DNA of 64,000 nt from Vulcanimicrobiota bacterium. Its GTDB lineage: Bacteria > Vulcanimicrobiota > Vulcanimicrobiia > Vulcanimicrobiales > Vulcanimicrobiaceae. The position numbers and the translations under genes are program-made. Location: positions 1-64,000 of the forward strand of contig CAWCIZ010000002.1 of the NCBI GenBank assembly GCA_963795855.1, in the 5' to 3' direction. Below are positions 61,360-64,000 of the stretch, in pieces. The notes under the pieces are model-generated. The model did no database searches and was not told the DNA's origin. It worked only from the letters and a program-made list of their open reading frames with translations. Within the stretch, counting starts at the first letter, position 1. Every line of letters begins with the position of its first letter.

Positions 61360-61996
61360 ACACCCGCGCTGCAGCGGCTGCAATTTCCGGGTAGGCGCGC
61401 CGCGCGATTTCCGCATATCCGAAATCGTTCGGATGGAAGCCGTCTTCGCAGAGATACTCGACGCCTGGGCAGAGCGGCGCGTTCGTGAATTCGAACAGAT
61501 CGATGAACCCGACGCCGCTGGACTGCGCTATGCGGCGCATGCGTTCGTTCAGACGCGCGCACAGACGCTCGATCGGCGCTTTGAGCAGCCGCGGCACGCC
61601 CACCGTACGCGTGACGTCCGGCATACCGCCCGCGACTAGTTGTGCCTGCGGCGCCGCTTGGCGAATGGCGTCGAGCAAATGCTGGAATCGCCGAACGATG
61701 ATCAGCACATCCCGGGTGTACCGGAGGTCATTCGCCGCCGCCATCACCAGCACAACGTCCGCAGGTACGCCGCGCAGCTTCGGAACCTGCTGACGTAAAA
61801 CGTCCCCCATAGTTGCATGGGGGACGGCGAAATTGAAAAGTGTGCTTGTCGGCCGCTCGGCCCGAAGCTGCGCGTGGAGCACGCTTGCGAGCCCCGCCTC
61901 CTCCGTAGATGCACCGAGGCCATGGGGGAGGCTGTCGCCAAGAACGGCCATGGTCACGGGTTCAGGATTGCGGAGCGGCTGGGTTAAGGCGTGCAT
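61349..61996 (-). CDS. SGNH/GDSL hydrolase
   Basis: LGDSL, AND, DGFHPN. Confidence 0.9.
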   Translation of the reverse strand: MHALTQPLRNPEPVTMAVLGDSLPHGLGASTEEAGLASVLHAQLRAERPTSTLFNFAVPHATMGDVLRQQVPKLRGVPADVVLVMAAANDLRYTRDVLIIVRRFQHLLDAIRQAAPQAQLVAGGMPDVTRTVGVPRLLKAPIERLCARLNERMRRIAQSSGVGFIDLFEFTNAPLCPGVEYLCEDGFHPNDFGYAEIARRAYPEIAAAAARVFSS

Positions 61997-62149
61997 GGGA
62001 CCGGAAACCTCCTCACTGCTATAATGCCCGCTGACCGGCCATTTACAACGCAGGCCTTTCGTACGGCCGATCGGGTCCGCGAGGAGCCGAGCGCCGAACG
62101 GCGGAAGCCCATTGACCTAACCGAACCGCCTGCCTGCCGGAGGCGCCTC

Positions 62150-62326
62150 ATGGAACAAGCGATCCTGCACCTCGCCCACATCGCGGCATGGGTGTTCTTC
62201 ATCATCTTCATCTTGGCACTGATCGGCATTATCGCGATCGTGCGATGGGTGCTCAATCTCTTCCGCCGGACGGAAGCCGCCGTGGAGAGCGGCGTCGAGC
62301 GCGTCGAGGGCTCACTGCACCGTTAG
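62150..62326 (+). CDS. Small membrane protein
   Basis: GGAGG RBS; single long hydrophobic segment. Confidence 0.7.
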   Translation: MEQAILHLAHIAAWVFFIIFILALIGIIAIVRWVLNLFRRTEAAVESGVERVEGSLHR

Positions 62327-62344
62327 TGCTGCGTCAGCGCCGTA

Positions 62345-62662
62345 TCAGACGCCCTTGCCGAAGAGGTGACAATCCAAGCGTAGCCGCACGCAGTTCAGTT
62401 GAATCAGGCGCAACATGAGCTCGTCGCGCAGTGCAACCCCTTGGCGCCGGCGTATCATCCCTTTGCTCTGCAACTGATGCGCATACGTTTTGCGCGAATC
62501 CAGGTGGTGGTCCACCATCCACCGCGCGCGATCGATCTTTTCGTTATCGTAGATCTCGATCAACAGCCGGCCGATGATTTGCGCAGGTCCTTCGATGAGA
62601 ACCATATACGGCCAAATCTCGAACTCCATGGTCGGCGGATCGTAACGTTCTGACGGTTGCAT
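62345..62662 (-). CDS. Hypothetical protein
   Basis: Protein-like C-terminal 105 aa of ORF 62345..63016, downstream of the rRNA terminator. Confidence 0.55.
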   Translation of the reverse strand: MQPSERYDPPTMEFEIWPYMVLIEGPAQIIGRLLIEIYDNEKIDRARWMVDHHLDSRKTYAHQLQSKGMIRRRQGVALRDELMLRLIQLNCVRLRLDCHLFGKGV

Positions 62663-62721
62663 TAGTCTTTGTATCGGTCGCCGCAAAAGCGCACCACAGA
62701 GCCGAATGGCCCGACCGAATG

Positions 62722-62756
62722 CAAAAAGCCCGCGGCTATTACACCGCGGGCCTTTT
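62722..62756 (-). terminator. rRNA operon terminator
   Basis: GCCCGCGG/CCGCGGGC stem with T tract on minus strand just after 5S. Confidence 0.8.
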
Positions 62757-62766
62757 GTGATTCTAA

Positions 62767-62882
62767 TCTGGCGCCGACCTACTTTCGAGGGACCCTGCGG
62801 TCCGACTATCATCGGCGCTGGCGGGCTTAACTGCCGTGTTCGGGATGGGAACGGGTGGAACCCCGCCGCTATGAGCGCCAGA
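62767..62882 (-). rRNA. rrf: 5S rRNA
   Basis: Reverse complement contains CCCGTTCCCATCCCGAACACGGCAGTTAAGC, GCCGATGATAGT, GAAAGTAGGTCGGCGCCAG. Confidence 0.97.
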
Positions 62883-62975
62883 AACTTGATCCCTCCGTCA
62901 CGCCGAGCCGGAGCTCCAGGCTGACGACGAAGGAAAGCTGCATACAGAAGAACTTCCAGTGCCAAACGTGAAGAC

Positions 62976-64000
<1,025 letters not shown>

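Overview
GC-rich bacterial chromosomal window. From gene content and style I infer Candidatus Eremiobacterota/Vulcanimicrobiota, but this is unverified. In order: a stress/efflux cluster (ygiD-like dioxygenase, YceI, HxlR, DHA2 MFS, cupin, TetR/TetA, TrxB-like, PfpI); a type IV pilus operon (pilB-pilT-pilC-sigma-pilin-ccdA-TPR-A24 peptidase-pilMNO-pilP-like-pilQ); lipid-metabolism genes; ftsA-ftsZ separated from ftsQ by an MCP, a small ORF and a tricorn protease; dnaE-hisZGD-cof-ftsQ; a GAF-GGDEF protein; a cytochrome-less (CCG-anchored, type E-like) succinate dehydrogenase; FkbM followed by a rearranged accessory patch; pckA, PPi-PFK and tandem sugar dehydrogenases; then 5S rRNA and the 3' part of a 23S rRNA. 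Highlights: (1) a 334-nt ORF-less group I (IA-like) intron in the 23S peptidyl-transferase centre after U2500; (2) a 70-aa highly basic ORF with an intrinsic terminator inside its coding sequence, the design of ArfA/BrfA-type nonstop-mRNA ribosome-rescue factors; (3) short inserts at both sdh stop-start junctions that duplicate the start-codon context and each read as a coupled mini-ORF; (4) a SigB/SigF-type sigma factor and CcdA embedded in the pilus operon; (5) decayed duplicates marking a recombination scar at 47.8-50.3 kb. Nine small frameshifts in seven otherwise intact genes most likely reflect long-read indel errors. All calls are by eye, with no database searches.
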